DNA from: Octopus sinensis
Lineage: Eukaryota
Assembly: GCF_006345805.1 (NCBI RefSeq)
Contig: NC_042997.1
Coordinates: forward strand, 6,944,001 to 7,008,000
Direction of reading: 5' to 3'
Length of the DNA: 64,000 nucleotides
Of this stretch, positions 39,975-53,984 are shown piece after piece; position 1 is the stretch's first letter; each line of letters starts with the position of its first letter. A model generated the notes under the pieces. The model was not told the DNA's origin. It did not search any database and saw only the letters and a list, made by a program, of their open reading frames with translations. A program made the position numbers and the translations under genes.

Positions 39975-41439
39975 ACATATATCGTATGCTTTATGTACTA
40001 GTTGTAATGTAACCATAAATAGCTTGTTAAGTTGTTTCCGATAAATATAGATATATATAGATTTTTTTACTCCTTTTGCATTGACTGAATGACATATCTA
40101 TCAACACATCTATCTGCAGCCATTAGCAGTAATTCCTAGATCGCAAACTTTCTATCTGGTAATCTAATAAGACTGAAGCGGAACAATATATCTCCGGTGA
40201 ATCTAAGTCCCGTCAAATATATGCATTAAGTCGAATATATGATTTTTAAAAAATGGTGTCTGTAGTAACTTACGTGCATTATCACTGCAAATACATATGA
40301 TGCACTGTTTGAATATTAATGGATACTGTTAAAATGAAACATCAGGTAACTCAAAGTCTAGCCTTGTGTTACTTCACTCTACCCCAATAATGATAAAAAA
40401 AAAACGATTATAAACACTATTTAAAAACATGCTTAAATATGAAGGCGAAAAGCGATACAGTGTTGTAGTATATAGGCTGAAAGAAGGGTTGTTTCAAAGG
40501 CACGATTATGTCCAAGTATATGAATAGCGTTTAATCTATCATACAGTTTATTATTAAATACAGTAACATGAAGCAAAATTATTCAACCCTGTAGCAATAT
40601 AGTTAATTAAATAATAAATAATTACCTACGTATGTGTATAACAAGAAGCATCTTCATAACGTACTCCAATTAAGAGGAGCTGTATGAAACGGAGCTCGTG
40701 CCATCAATCTAAATATTACCTTTTTTCTATATCGATAGTAGTGTCTGCTACCGAATCAAAACGTTTATCGAGGATATAATATCTTAAATCTCATCGTTTG
40801 TCTTCATTACCAAAAACATACCCATCAAGTACAATACTCATACGTAGCTTATGCGAAACAAAAATATATACTGCTTCTACTTATAAGATGATTCGGCTGT
40901 TATAGACAGCAACATCTAAGACAGCATGGACTAAAAGATATTCGATGGATTGGTGTGGTCACATAGTTACATTCACTTCATTGTATTGCTGCTAATAGCA
41001 TTTTCCCTTCTCCGAGCAGGTTGTAATCGTTGTACTCGTTTATCTCCTTGTTTAAAGCCCTTAGTGTCTTTCGTGTTTTATCATTAAATTAAGCGTGTTG
41101 TAAAACATTTTCCTTCCCAATATTTCGTGTTTCCCGAGCTCTGTCTCTACGTATCAATCTGCAGCCGTTAATTTAATAATAGTTTTAATGAAACTCGCTC
41201 TGCTATTCTGCTATCAGAGTTTCCCCTAAGTTTCTCCTAAATATTTATTCTCATATAGTCATGAACAGCATTTACCAATGTTAGCAGTATAAATATAATC
41301 GATGATAACCAGTGTCTTCCTTTGGAAATTTTATCAGTTACAACTATGATGAAACACATTCTTTGTCTATCTACTTATCCTCTTTGTGATTCTGGACAAA
41401 AAGATAACTATACAAATGAAACCTTCGAATTTAACTAAA

Positions 41440-41586
41440 TTCTATAATTTTTATGCAGCTGAAGATAGCTCTTTAACTTGATGTAATATTTAAATTGATG
41501 TAATATTTGCATTGTTGAATTAAATGGAGTCGCATGAAACGATCGTACTGCATTACCTCTGGATATCCTTGTTGCTTATTTTGATT

Positions 41587-41590
<4 letters not shown>
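41440..41590. repeat. Second copy of the 30470-30625 repeat
   Basis: Aligned blocks as for 30470-30625; adjacent to (TA)n. Confidence 0.75.
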
Positions 41591-41661
<71 letters not shown>

Positions 41662-44169
41662 AACACACATATATATATATTCATATTTGCATATAGCTCT
41701 TTACTTGTGTTACAAATAGAAGGTTATAATATGTCTCTATACAATTGAAGCATTGCGTGAGAATATGTAGTGATATATACATGCATTTGTTGAAGACATA
41801 CTATGCAAACTTTATAGAAATAGCATTAACGTTTTTAATTTCAAGCAAAATCTTGTAAACTTATCAATACCACAAAAAAATGTTATTGTACAGTGAAATC
41901 CATACGGAAGATTATCAATCCTTTCATAATTAATAACGTAGTTTTCCATAAAATTTTGGCATTCTTTTCTTTTACAATATCTCAAATATAAAACGATAAA
42001 AATCTTTTTTCAATATTTTAGCTTCGTTAGTTTTGCTAAATAAACATTTACATTTATAATCTTAGTGAAAGTATATTAAATATGATAGAATTATTCACCT
42101 GATGTTAAGTGTTGATGGAAAAACGTATTGAACACGTAAATGTACTGCAGTCAACATTTCGGAGGAATGTTTAATGATTTTATAAAGTATAGCTTGAATA
42201 CTGCTTAGCAAGTAGTTGATAAATAACATATCCAATAAAATTATGTAGCACTACACACATACACACACACACAGAGGCAGTTCACATTACTGGTGGTTTT
42301 AAAGAGTGTGCAGAATTTATCGTCAAGCTCGTTGATAGTAATTTTCAGTTTGAAAATTCAAATCTAGCAATTTTCTCTCTGTTGGTAAAAATTATACCAT
42401 ACAGTGTAGTGAATTTACCTTTGTAATTATGTGATGTAAGGTCAAGAGCATATGTAAATAGATTACTCTCGTCTTCTTTGTGTTTTTTATCTGCGTTTGC
42501 CTCTTTCGTTACGCAGGAAAAGTTTAATTTTGCATCTTTGGCTTCTTAAAAATAAACGCATCTGCATACCACACGTCACAATTTGTCTAGTTAGTCGTTG
42601 TAGCTGCATCGACAAATATATGACTTTAGAAAGTCTCAAATACTCACTGAAATGCCTGTTAATTCTGGAATATTTTTAACCTTAATTAGCCGTCACAATT
42701 TTGATTTTTCGTTAACTACAACTGCTATGGGCAACTCACAAGTCTACTTGAAGTTATCATTCGAATCATGGCGACTCATGGACATATATGTATCCTGATT
42801 TTGTCTCATCTTTAATGTACCACAAAAATGAGGTGGAGCGAAGATTGTTGCAATAAGTTAGAGGTATAATGGGATAATCTGTATAACTATTTTAAGTCCT
42901 TATTTCTCCGTCGGTAGCAGGCTGTTAAATTCCTAGGACATCAGTCGACAGCTTATAAGTTGGCTTCTATAGTGCACTCCCGCAGCGATATGTTCTCCGT
43001 CCCCTCTTTTTTGTTCATATGTTTGAAGAGACAACAACATGAATTGTGTTACTCTGTAACATACGCAGTTGTCATTAACCTGTAACTTGCGATAAAAAAA
43101 AACATCCTATCCGCTGTACACCAATCTCCCTCAATGCATGGTATATTATTTTATTGATATGCATGACATATTGTATTATTTTAAGACAGTCAACAATCGG
43201 ATCAGAGTCAGCTTAATGCTAACTACTTCGGCTTAATGCTAACTACAAACCTCAATCATCACGCTTTAACGAGAGTGGGGCAGGTGAATTTAATTAAGCT
43301 TTGAGACATTAGGCATGTTCTATCACATCCAACACGCAACCAAAGAATGAAAGCCTCAAGTTGTCAAAACTGTTCCGGCAAAATTTAATGCCGCACGATA
43401 TCTCTCACAAAATCGGGTAGTGTTTTCTCAACAATATAATACAAGCTAATATCCGAACCGTGAGACATAAAATTGCGCACCGAATTACATTTAAGTTATT
43501 TCACATTTCAAACAGCAGCTGATCATTTACCCTCTTGAAAAGTTGGTTTGCGCCCACTTTCCTTCCACCTCATAGACACTATGATTGTATGAGCTTTATC
43601 AGTGCAGAAGGTGCAGAATAGTTTCCATTTTTGCTAACTACTCAGACTAGGTAAATCTGCAAATCTTAAAACCTGTAGGTGCTCCGTCTAAATATAAATG
43701 TATTTTCTTTCACTTCAACGCTATAACGCCAATAGTCTTCATGTTTTCATTTGTTGCACCCTCCAACATAACGCATTAGCGAATCAAGGATATTTTTCAG
43801 TCTTCAATTTCTCAGTTTCCTCACGGATTTCCTCCGATTTCTGTTAACATTTTACTGGTTGTTTCATTCCTTAGAATCAGAAACTCTCTCTCACCTCCAA
43901 GTATGACATATTTCCAAAAAGTCTGAGTAATGGAGTCAGCCATTAACAATGACATTCTCTAAAACATTGATTCTCTCACCTTCCATTTCTTTATCACTCT
44001 ATCTCTCTTTTTGACCCCCTGACTCACCACAATCGGGTTTCTGTATTGAGAAAATTTGGTATAAATCATGTCTTTGCCCTCGATATCACCAAAGAGTTTC
44101 AACTGTGTCTGTCATGAATCTCCGATTAAAACCTTTCGCTTATTATTTATACACGGCTCTCATTTCATC

Positions 44170-45090
44170 GATCAGTAGCTTTTTATCAGAGCCTCTTCAA
44201 ATGCGTCATCGATTATCAGATGTCGAACATCTGAGAACAATCTCTGGCGTTGCCTTCGGGAATTACCACCTAACCAACTGGAGTACGCGGATGATGCTAC
44301 ACTTTTCAGCAACTCGATAGGCCAACCTTGGATGCACTGACCATAAACAGAGAAGAATCAGCAAGGCATGGTCTTCAGGCAAAGACGAATCTGATGCACG
44401 TTTGAGATTGCCTGGGTCCCCATTCAACATATTTGCCCCATTGTCGTGGGGTTTGTCAGCACTTTCATATACCTGGACTCCATAGTTACGAACAACAGAG
44501 ACCTAACTTCGGAGATCAACCGCAAATGTGATCTGGCCACGGGTGTCTTGTATTCACAATAGAAGTCCCTTCGAAGCTACTGATGTATCTCCCAGAAGAA
44601 AAAACTCTGCATCCACAGCGCACCAGACCTCGCCATTCTCCTTTATTTTGCAGAAACCTGGCATTTCTCGAAGACCTTGGCAAAGAAGATCGATGGCTTT
44701 GAAACCAGAGCCTTGTGAACCATCAAGAATATGATATGATTCCCAACAATGAACTTTCCAATAATGAATTACGTGCACGCATACATTTGCCCACATCCTT
44801 CCACCTCATACCCATACAGACATATCCTCCGCCTCCCATTAGATCATTTTACCAGCAATGATCCAACCAGCAGCTGCGTGCTGTAATAGCCTCGTGGCAA
44901 ACTCCGATCAGATTGCTTGACTTGATTGGAGAACATAACCAGAGGCCTGGCGTCATCTTGGAGGTTGCAGAGGACATAGCACAAGACAGCTAGTGATGGA
45001 GAGCAGAGTAGAACCTGGTAGATTCTAGGCACAATAGCCTCTCTGGGGCCACTAGTTTAGGATGACCACAACCTCATCAGGTAAAAGCAG
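44170..45090 (+). pseudogene. RTE-clade LINE 3' part (RT C-terminus and tail), decayed
   Basis: LEYADDATLF; EESARHGLQ..KT; STFIYLDSIVTNNRDLTSEINRK; LAKKIDGFETRAL; SNNELR. Confidence 0.8.
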
Positions 45091-45807
45091 GATTCAAGCG
45101 AGCAAGTTTGCGAGTATCAATGAATTACTTGTTGCATTGTAAGACATGTTTTTAAGTATTTGACCTTCTTGTTCATTGCTCCTGTAACTTCTTGAAACAT
45201 GTTTCATCGACATGCAACCTAGACGTTACATGGTTAATGCATACTAATTCAATGTATAGTGACCCTGTTAGCGTTCCACAGTGGAAAATTACCAGAGTGC
45301 TTTTTTCAACTTCCAAAAAATATGAATATTTATATTTCAAAGATATATCCATTCATCAAAGCAATAGCAAGGAGGAATTCCTACACTTTCTATAAATGTC
45401 AGCCCTCATTATCTTACACAGCCTCACCTTTGGATAGCACATTGTTTATATAGCTTGTAATTCAGGCATTCACATGTCACTTAACTATCCCCTTTCCAAC
45501 ACAAGTTTTGTGTTCAAACACCCATATGTCTTATATTTAAAATTGCACCCATCCTCCTTTGACAGCTCGTAAATTCTCTTGAATTCTCTGCTTGACGTCG
45601 ATTCACAAAAGCTCAAGTGGAACAATGATAGTATCAATCTTGCCGAAGTAATAGGTGTTGTAAAGGCCATAATAATAAAAAAGGAAATATACCACTAATT
45701 CCTCTTAAAATATCTTTCATTGTGAATTCACTCATTCCATTTATATAAAGAATATTGATAGCAAAGAAGAGCAATGATCGCATATTTTTGTAGCTCTATT
45801 AAATTTT

Positions 45808-45950
45808 AGAGGCGGCAGAGTGGCAGAGAAAATCCTTTCTACTTCTGTCCCGTCTCTGTGTGCTGATGTGAAATCAAGCAGTAGGTCAGCTTACATTTTA
45901 TCATTTTAGCATCGAAAACAAAGTATCAATCAAGAGTAGGGGATTTGTAC
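45808..45950 (+). mobile_element. Highly degenerate SINE of the 53985 family
   Basis: aggcggcagagtggcaga...aggtcagcttacattttatcattttagcatcgaaaacaaagta resembles 53985-54130. Confidence 0.4.
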
Positions 45951-46271
45951 ATCTGTTAAAAGATCAGACACAGTACTTTGTGGGATTTGTGTCAGTCCAT
46001 TGCTGTCTATTAGCAATACTGACTATGACACTGATTCCAAGCTAAATCAGCTCTACTATCACTGGTAGGCAGAGTTGAGGGTTGCTCCTATATCCAACTG
46101 CCATTCTTTCTAAACTGCAAATTAAGAAACACACTGCAACACATATACACATGTATAGAGATATTAATCCATTTCCTTAAGTCTGTGTCTATGAGAGCCA
46201 GTTTCTTTTTCTTTTTACTCTTGTTTAATTTTTTATCCCATTTGCAATCATACTTGATTATTTGCTTACAG

Positions 46272-46282
46272 CTGTCATTCCC
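46272..46282 (+). CDS. Candidate 11-nt microexon of a host gene (LSF-P)
   Basis: Long pyrimidine tract, then ttatttgcttacag|CTGTCATTCCC|gtgagt; phase-compatible with the next candidate exon. Confidence 0.4.
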
Positions 46283-46799
46283 GTGAGTTGTAAATAAATG
46301 AGTTTCCTTTGGTTAAAATTCTAGTCTCATGTCAAGTCATATTTGCTTTGTTCGGATGCATTAATATCCTCTATTTTGAAATGTCTTTATTATCAGTGTG
46401 CAACGCGTACGCCATTGAAAGGGAAGAATGATCTTACGTTGCTTGACATATCGTTCTTTGTGTCATTAAGCTGTTATTGTCACAGTTTTCAACGAAGTCA
46501 ACCGTGATTATGTTGGCACTTGGCGCTAAGTACTAATGTAAATATCTGTTGGTTTACGCGAAAGTATGCCAAAAGCAATTTAAGCGACATCATTGGCTGT
46601 AAATCGCCTTTTCGAGATTCTAATTTTCATATATTAATGAAATATCCGATACGCTTTTCAGCTAATCATAATTGGTAACGTGTTTGTATATGGCACATGA
46701 GAAATGAGTAAATTAACGAATAGCTAAAGCTTGTTTGATAAGTTTATCTATACTATCTACATTTCACCATCGCATTCATATTTCTATTATACAATACAG

Positions 46800-46834
46800 A
46801 AGGAGATTAAGATGTAGTACAACACTTACGAATG
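46800..46834 (+). CDS. Candidate 35-nt exon (RRLRCSTTLTN)
   Basis: tttctattatacaatacag|...|gtatta; only the phase 2-1 frame is open; weak donor. Confidence 0.3.
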
Positions 46835-47036
46835 GTATTACATAAAGTGCAGATTACTATCATTTCAAAGACAATATATATATAAATATGATACTATATA
46901 TATTTGTATATTTGAGAGCATAATGTGATATTTTGAATTGATGGAAGCTCAAGAAGGGATAACATTCCAACTGGAAAGTAAAACCCAGTGAATGAGATTG
47001 TTAACTGCCATAATCACATTGTTTTTTATGTAATAG

Positions 47037-47054
47037 TGGATTCAAACAAACCAC
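47037..47054 (+). CDS. Candidate 18-nt microexon (DSNKP)
   Basis: attgttttttatgtaatag|TGGATTCAAACAAACCAC|gtaagt; phase 1-1. Confidence 0.5.
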
Positions 47055-47315
47055 GTAAGTCCATTATACGTGCTCTTCCTACTAACTTCAGTTTTTCTGT
47101 TTGAAGATCCCCTATAATTCTCATATAATGCATGCATTTTCTCCTGTTCTCATTCACGTTACAAAGTTAATTTTGTTGTTCTTTTACCTTATATACAAAG
47201 CTAGTATTAAATCTACCAATCTCCAAATATTCGTTGACAATTTCCATTTCAGTTTTGAATTTTTATGCTTAAATGAGTGTGGTTTTTGTACGTGTGATTT
47301 CTTGTTGGTTTTCAG

Positions 47316-47408
47316 AAGATGCAGATCTAGCATGCTATAGAATATTCGTTGTGGGAGATTTGACATTTCCATTAGAAACACAAATTGAAAGTAGTTCAGC
47401 AGTCACAT
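47316..47408 (+). CDS. Candidate 93-nt exon (DADLACYRIFVVGDLTFPLETQIESSSAVT)
   Basis: gatttcttgttggttttcag|...|gtaagt; open phase 1-1 frame. Confidence 0.6.
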
Positions 47409-47545
47409 GTAAGTGTGGTTCAGTGAGCATAATTACTTAAGCTAATTACCGCTTAGTGAATCTAATAAACTGCAAGGTTAAATGGTAAATGAAGTAATCT
47501 AATTTATGAAACTAATTATTTTCACGTTTTCTTGATAATTTTCAG

Positions 47546-47628
47546 TTGCTGTGTTTAATATTGTTTCATATTATTGCTACTTCTTATTTTATTACACTAT
47601 TATTGTAATAATGCAAACAAGCATTTAA
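47546..47628 (+). CDS. Candidate terminal exon: hydrophobic C-terminal tail (AVFNIVSYYCYFLFYYTIIVIMQTSI*)
   Basis: ttttcttgataattttcag| acceptor; phase 1 matches the previous exon; stop TAA at 47626-47628. Confidence 0.5.
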
Positions 47629-48370
47629 GAAACAATAATGTTTTCGGTGTATCGGTTATAGAACTATAATTACCGTGCCACTATGTGACCAAATTACTTT
47701 TCGATATTTATCCTCCGAATATAATCAATCAACTAAAAAATATAGAAATTTTTTTCGGATATCAGCATTCACTGGATATTTGCCAAAAGTAGATATAAGT
47801 ATGATTGAATAGTAAACAACATTGCTTCGCCATTACGAGAATCTCTTTTGGGTTAGATCGCATAGCGTCATAAATACGTGACTTTTGAGGTAGTTATTAG
47901 TGTCTAACAATTGTGTGCGATAAATGCGTTGACGAAAGTTGTTTGGAACAATGTAGGATGTCTCAAAATGTTCAAGTTATATATATCATACATTATCATA
48001 ATTATTCTCCCTGAAAATTACATTAAGTATATACATAAACTTAATGTAGGCTGTTTTGTGTATACCAACAGGATATATAAGTAAGGAATATTTGACATGA
48101 TGACTAGAGAAAACTGTAGATTTAATTGTTTCGCATGGACAGAAATAAGGACAAACGAAAAGGGCTCCTCATGAAGGTGTGAAACTGCAGCGAAGGGCAT
48201 GAAATGAGATTATTTTAAATGAAATGTGGTACTGAATTGTCCATGTTATTTAGGTTATTCTCCTAAAGTATGGCGGATCATTACACTTCTCCCCACCAAC
48301 AACGAAAAGTCCTTCTTGTTCACAGTGGATAACTTTTGGACAGTATATAGATGCCACGTACGGCTCATAC

Positions 48371-48462
48371 CTTTGTTCCTTTAGTTCCACTTGGAGTTAC
48401 CGGAGAAGTAGAATATTCCTGTGGGCTCTGAATCCACGCTGGTTCGCTGTCATGCTCTAGCT
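48371..48462 (-). CDS. Candidate 92-nt exon (LEHDSEPAWIQSPQEYSTSPVTPSGTKGTK)
   Basis: Minus strand cctttcgattacag|...AAG|gtatga; single open frame (phase 1-0). Confidence 0.3.
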
Positions 48463-50499
48463 CTGTAATCGAAAGGTTTTACTACTGAACCCATAAGGAA
48501 AATCATAATCTTGATACGACTAACATTAAACAAACCTATTATAAAAGTCAAGCAGGATAATGAATACATACAGCTCTATAATGTAAACAAAGACATCTTC
48601 CGATTTAAGACAGAGGCAATACAGAGACATTCTAACTTAAACGGAAAATCTACCTAAATATAGAAATATGGAACATACGAGGTTAGTGCTAATCTCGAGA
48701 GAGAAACGTAAACGGAAATGTGTGGTAGTAATCAGAGGGAAAAGAGGGCATAAAATGAAAGCAAATGAGAGAAAAGAGAGAGGGGAGGGGAGGGAAGATT
48801 GAATGTAATGACCATGATAGAGAGGGAAAGAAGGAGGAGCGAAAATGATCAAGAGAAGGGTAATGCCTATTGCAATGGGTGAAAACATGTAAACTACGAT
48901 GAGAAGATTTACTCCACTCAACAAAGGAAAATCACAATAAAAGTGAAGAATGTGTCCGGCAATTTACAGAAAAGAGAAGAAAACAGACATGGATAAGAAC
49001 ATTTCATCAGCCAACATTTTGTCCGGAATCATTATGGCTTCGGCATTTCTTTGCTCGATATCTATTATTCATTATAAATCTTGTTTGATCTGGTAGTGTA
49101 AATAGACATATAGTGTGTATTGAGAAATGTCTGTAATAGTTCAGATTATTTATGCAGATAAATTCATTAAAAAAAACAGCTCTCGAAGAAGTTCTTTCCT
49201 AAGCGATACTACACCATGTCTACCATCAAATGATTTGCTCTGGACCGCATGCAATGACGTTTGTAATTATACACAGATGTATAAATTCTTAAGTATTATA
49301 CGTCTTGTCTCACCTGGAAAAATGAGTTTTCTTTTGTAAGACGCGCTCCGATGGCCAGGCAGATTTCAACTACGTACGAAGCCCAATCTCCAAACTGTAA
49401 ACAACACTTTTCAAACCACTTTATATGCCAATGTTTCATTTTCTCTTTTCTTCGTTAATTATTTACTCCCATTTACGTTTCTTCAAAATTGTTCAATTTT
49501 TCATAATTATTGTGTTTCCTTATCTTCTTTTATTACTCCTATGCTCTTCCATACAATCTAGGGATTATTAACGTTCAAAACACTCAACCCGATACGTTTA
49601 CTAGAACACTCCCACTTACACTTTTCAGACTTTTGCTATTGAATCTCTTAATTAGATTTATATATTAAATTATGGTTACATTAATTTTCTAATAGCAATA
49701 GTATTCACAGTATAAAGATATAATGTCTAGGTAAGTAGAACACATACGTAAGGGCCATGGTACGCAAAATTCGTCCTTATAAATAAAGATGAAATAATTC
49801 TCATACTTTCTCACATGCAATTGCACACAGCAACCATATCATTCTACACATCCAGCAGCTGAAGCATATCTATACGTCTGTAAATGGATTGGTTAGTACA
49901 CACAGCATATAAGAGCATATAAGTAACTTCTGGAGACACTTCTATGTATGCTTATCGACATATATATTGTACACATCCACCACAAACACAAACGTTGTGC
50001 ATACATTCGTAAACATGTAGACCAAATGAATAAAATTTCCGAGTATTAGTAAGTAGTAAAATCATTTAAGCTGTTATTTTATAAATAAGATTTCCAACTA
50101 CATAACAGTGATTGCCCAAGCATCTGTTTCTTTTGCAAGGGCAGACTTGCATCGTAGTTGAGTACTAGAATTATTAACCCTTTTCGCAGAATTTTGTTTA
50201 AGCAATTTATTTTTATGTTGATTTGATAATGAAATTAAAATCCAATATATAAATTATTTTGATCATTTTTGGTCAATTAGCTGTACTGTTGGATAGGATG
50301 AGATAAACCAAATTATTTGAAGATTTTTTCAAATCAGGATTTTTAAATCACTGTTTCTCAATTAAGAAAGGAAGGGACACATATACGTGTGTTTATGTGC
50401 GAGAAAGAGAGAGAGGGGAAGAAAACAGAAGGAGATAGAGAGAGAGAGGGAAAAAAGAGTGAAGGGGAGAGATCAATTGGTGAACTCATATATTTTGTT

Positions 50500-50820
50500 T
50501 ATTTATCTTCATTTACTGCAGCAACTGAACTGCAGCTTTGCTGCGATACCGACTTCGAGTTATCTAGTCGAACTCACCGAACCCAGTACGTATTATTAAG
50601 GACAGGTCACTAAGTTAGTGGGATGTACAAAGTCTAATACTGCTTTTCGAACACAGGCCTACACATATAGATACGATGAGCTTCTTCAGTGACATACTTT
50701 TATTCGGCACGGTGATATAGTAGAATGCGCTTACCCAGTGTGTAATGCACTAGGTCTGAATGTGAAATTTTGAGGTGAGAGAAGTAAAATTTCTTAGCAT
50801 AGCGTCAAGCCTGCGTCTAT
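50500..50820 (-). mobile_element. Degenerate tRNA-SINE of the 58961 family
   Basis: Reverse complement shows a degraded head (ataggcgcagg-like at 50820) and tail. Confidence 0.5.
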
Positions 50821-50828
50821 TTTAATGT

Positions 50829-51710
50829 AGAACAAAACAAGACAGTAAAAACCGTAAAAGACGGAACAAAAACAGAATAACACAGTAAAAACAACGATGG
50901 GGGCTGTTAAGTCAAGACGATGGAAAAATTATTCTGAACGATTAAGGAGATAGCTTATGAGAGAGACAGGATAAGCGGTCTGGTCTTGGGGAAGATAGCC
51001 GTTCGAAATATGGCTTTCCTCTGATCACGTGTCAGTGACGGGAGAGTTGAGGAGGAGGAGGAGGAGGAGTAAGAGAGAGGGAACGGTGAAGGGGAGAAGA
51101 AAAGAATAGAGAAGGGTGGTAGAGAAAACCAAAAAGAATGAAGAACAAGAGAGGGAGAGATATAGACAGAGGAGAAATAGTAAAGATGAAGAGTGCACAT
51201 CATAATTATTAAGATAAAACTTCGTTTGATACTTATCCTGTCTCTCTGATAAGCTGTCTCCTTAAGCGTTCAGAGTAATTTTCCCATCGTCTTGGCTTAA
51301 CAGCCCTCATCGTTGGTTTTACTGTGTTATTCTCTTTGTTCTGTCTTTTACTGTTATTGTTTCTACTGTCTTGTTTTGTTCTTACAGTCCTGTTCTTGTT
51401 ACCACTTTTACCACTCAGCAAAAAATCCCAAATTTTATTTAATTTGCTTTGCGGGAAGGACTGTTTCAGCAAAAATGCGTCTTGGCCTTACCTTAGAAAC
51501 GCGGAGTAGACGAAACAGCGACAACTGAAGAAGGGGAATATCCCTTGTGTTGTATGTCTTGTACTCTGTTTTTTCCTTGTTTGAAAAAAGTTCGTTTCCA
51601 TGTTTTTCTTTTTATCTTTTCGTTTTTCATTAGGTTCAATGTGTTTTTGATGCTCTGCACCCATATATGCATCTATATATACATGTAGATGTAGGTATGT
51701 ATATATATAT
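50829..51710. mobile_element. Family F1 element with an inverted partial duplication (arms 50829-50975 and 51232-51382)
   Basis: The arms are clearly homologous reverse complements, roughly 85% identical by eye; 51540-51710 is the reverse complement of the 8400-8580 block. Confidence 0.8.
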
Positions 51711-53399
51711 ATATATAATATATATATATATATATTATATATATATATATATATGTATGTATGCATATATTTATATATTATTTATATATTTGTATATATT
51801 TATATATGAACAGACACATACATACACAAAATTAAGTATATACATAACTGTGTGTGTGTATTTGTGTCTGTACACATATACACTGAAATATATATATATA
51901 TGTGTGTATGTGTGTGTTTGTGTGTGTGTATGTATATGATAGATTCTTGCCCTCAACCTCTCTAATCAAGATCTTTGATACAGGAATAAAAAGCTTTTAA
52001 AATGAAGAGTTTATTATCTAATCATCGAACTCTATTGTTATCACGAATTCGTAGATTTTTTTCTACATACGTACCGACAATCAGTCAGAAGAATAAGTAG
52101 TCTACACTATTTCCCTAAGTTGTATTTGCTGCACATAATTATGCATCAATTTTGATGAGAATTTTTTGAATACTCCTCTATCCTACTGTACGCGTTTGTT
52201 CTAATTATATTTCTTTGTTTTCGTATTTATATTAATATATTCCGTTGCTTTCGACTGTAACTTTATTGACTGTATCTTTATGGCGGTCATTACATACATC
52301 AACAGCACAGCTATTCGGAATTGGTATGCTGTGACCCATATACAAATTACTCCCTCACCTACTTCATCAAACCATAGAATAACATGTCCTAGATGAAAAT
52401 GATATGTCGTAAGCGACTTTCCACCATATTTAACTCCATGTTCACACACTCGCATTATGTACATAACCATATGCCCATAACCCCACAAACGTAGATAACC
52501 ACATAAATATATATACACATGTATATATATATGCAAATATATATATATGTTCACGTACACACATATATATATATCTAACATGTATATATATATATATATA
52601 TAATATATATATATATTATATATATATATATATATGAAAATTAATATAAACAGCTATATATAACGTAATACCATAAAGGAAATATTCAGTCATCATTAAT
52701 TCTGACAAAGCGTGCCACGCCCCTACTTTGCTCGAATTAAGAGTTAAAATATTCGTAATGTTGTAGGAAGACTGCAGACATACATACTGAATGCAAAATC
52801 AACTGCCATATGCCGATTCAAAAATCTTCAGAGTAGACGTCTAATTTCGTCTCTTCTGTAGACATAAATGATAAATACAAATATGTTGGGAGCCAGCGTT
52901 AACCGATGAAGCGGTCCTCACCGAAGGTGTGTACGAACTGCAAAGAGCTACTCGTCTACTATAAAAATTTTCGAATCGGTATAGGAAGGTTATTTCCACT
53001 GACGTCATGCATGTCTGCGCTCTTCCTACAGCATTAAGCTTATTTTAAATCTTACTTCTATCAACGTATGTAAGTCAGCACACTGAATCACACTTAGTGC
53101 GAGTAAATTATGTATGTATGTTTATGTGTGTGCATATATGTGTATGCATATGTATATATACGTACGTAAACATATGTATATGAATATCTGTATATGTACG
53201 TATACATATATATATATATATAATATATATATATATTATATATATATATATATATAATATATATATATATAGATACATACTTGTGAATGCATATATATTT
53301 ATATGTATATATGTACAAATACACATGTATATTATTGGATATGCATACACAGGTTTTTGCATTGCTCCGTTTCTACACAGACACACTTATATATATATA

Positions 53400-53446
<47 letters not shown>

Positions 53447-53984
53447 CACGCATAAAGTATCATATATATAAACAAACTCTCACAGATATATACAACTACT
53501 TATAGGTTCTATTTTTTTGATAAAAATTGCTATTGGAATGTCTTTAAGCAGCCGTGAGTTATAGTAGAAATCATTTACATATTGAGACCCGTATTCAATT
53601 TGAAATATGAGCACAGCAGTTTCCAGTCTAACCTCAAATCGCAGATAACCACGAAGCCAATAATTTGGCTGTACCTAGAATGCTGTATACGTATGTCTGT
53701 TACTGATGGAAATCCCAACACCTTCCAATTTTGACATCAAATATTCGGATTTTAAGAATTTACATTATCAAAATGTCTTGCTTTATAACAAATGACATTA
53801 ACACATTAGAAACAACTGATGGCATTCAGAATTGACTACTGCAGGCCAATGAGTATTTTCCGTATAAACAATTTCTAAGCTCTAGCCAACTGAAAATTTT
53901 GACCCGTATGTTAACCAATCGTGTGATTAGATGATCGCAATAATACAGTTAACATAACAGTGCTTATTCAGCATATAGCTTTTT

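Noticed and set aside
45046-45086. Antisense hammerhead-like motif at the RTE 3' end (CUGAUGA-ggttg/catcc-UAAA-cuagu-G)
   Set aside because: G12 is mutated, H17 is G and helix I is absent; counted only as a relic.
45192-45670. Several 60-aa protein-like ORFs on both strands
   Set aside because: No consistent splice sites or recognisable family; may be decayed TE sequence or chance.
53000-53007. Perfect CRE palindrome TGACGTCA
   Set aside because: A single 8-mer with no linked gene start.
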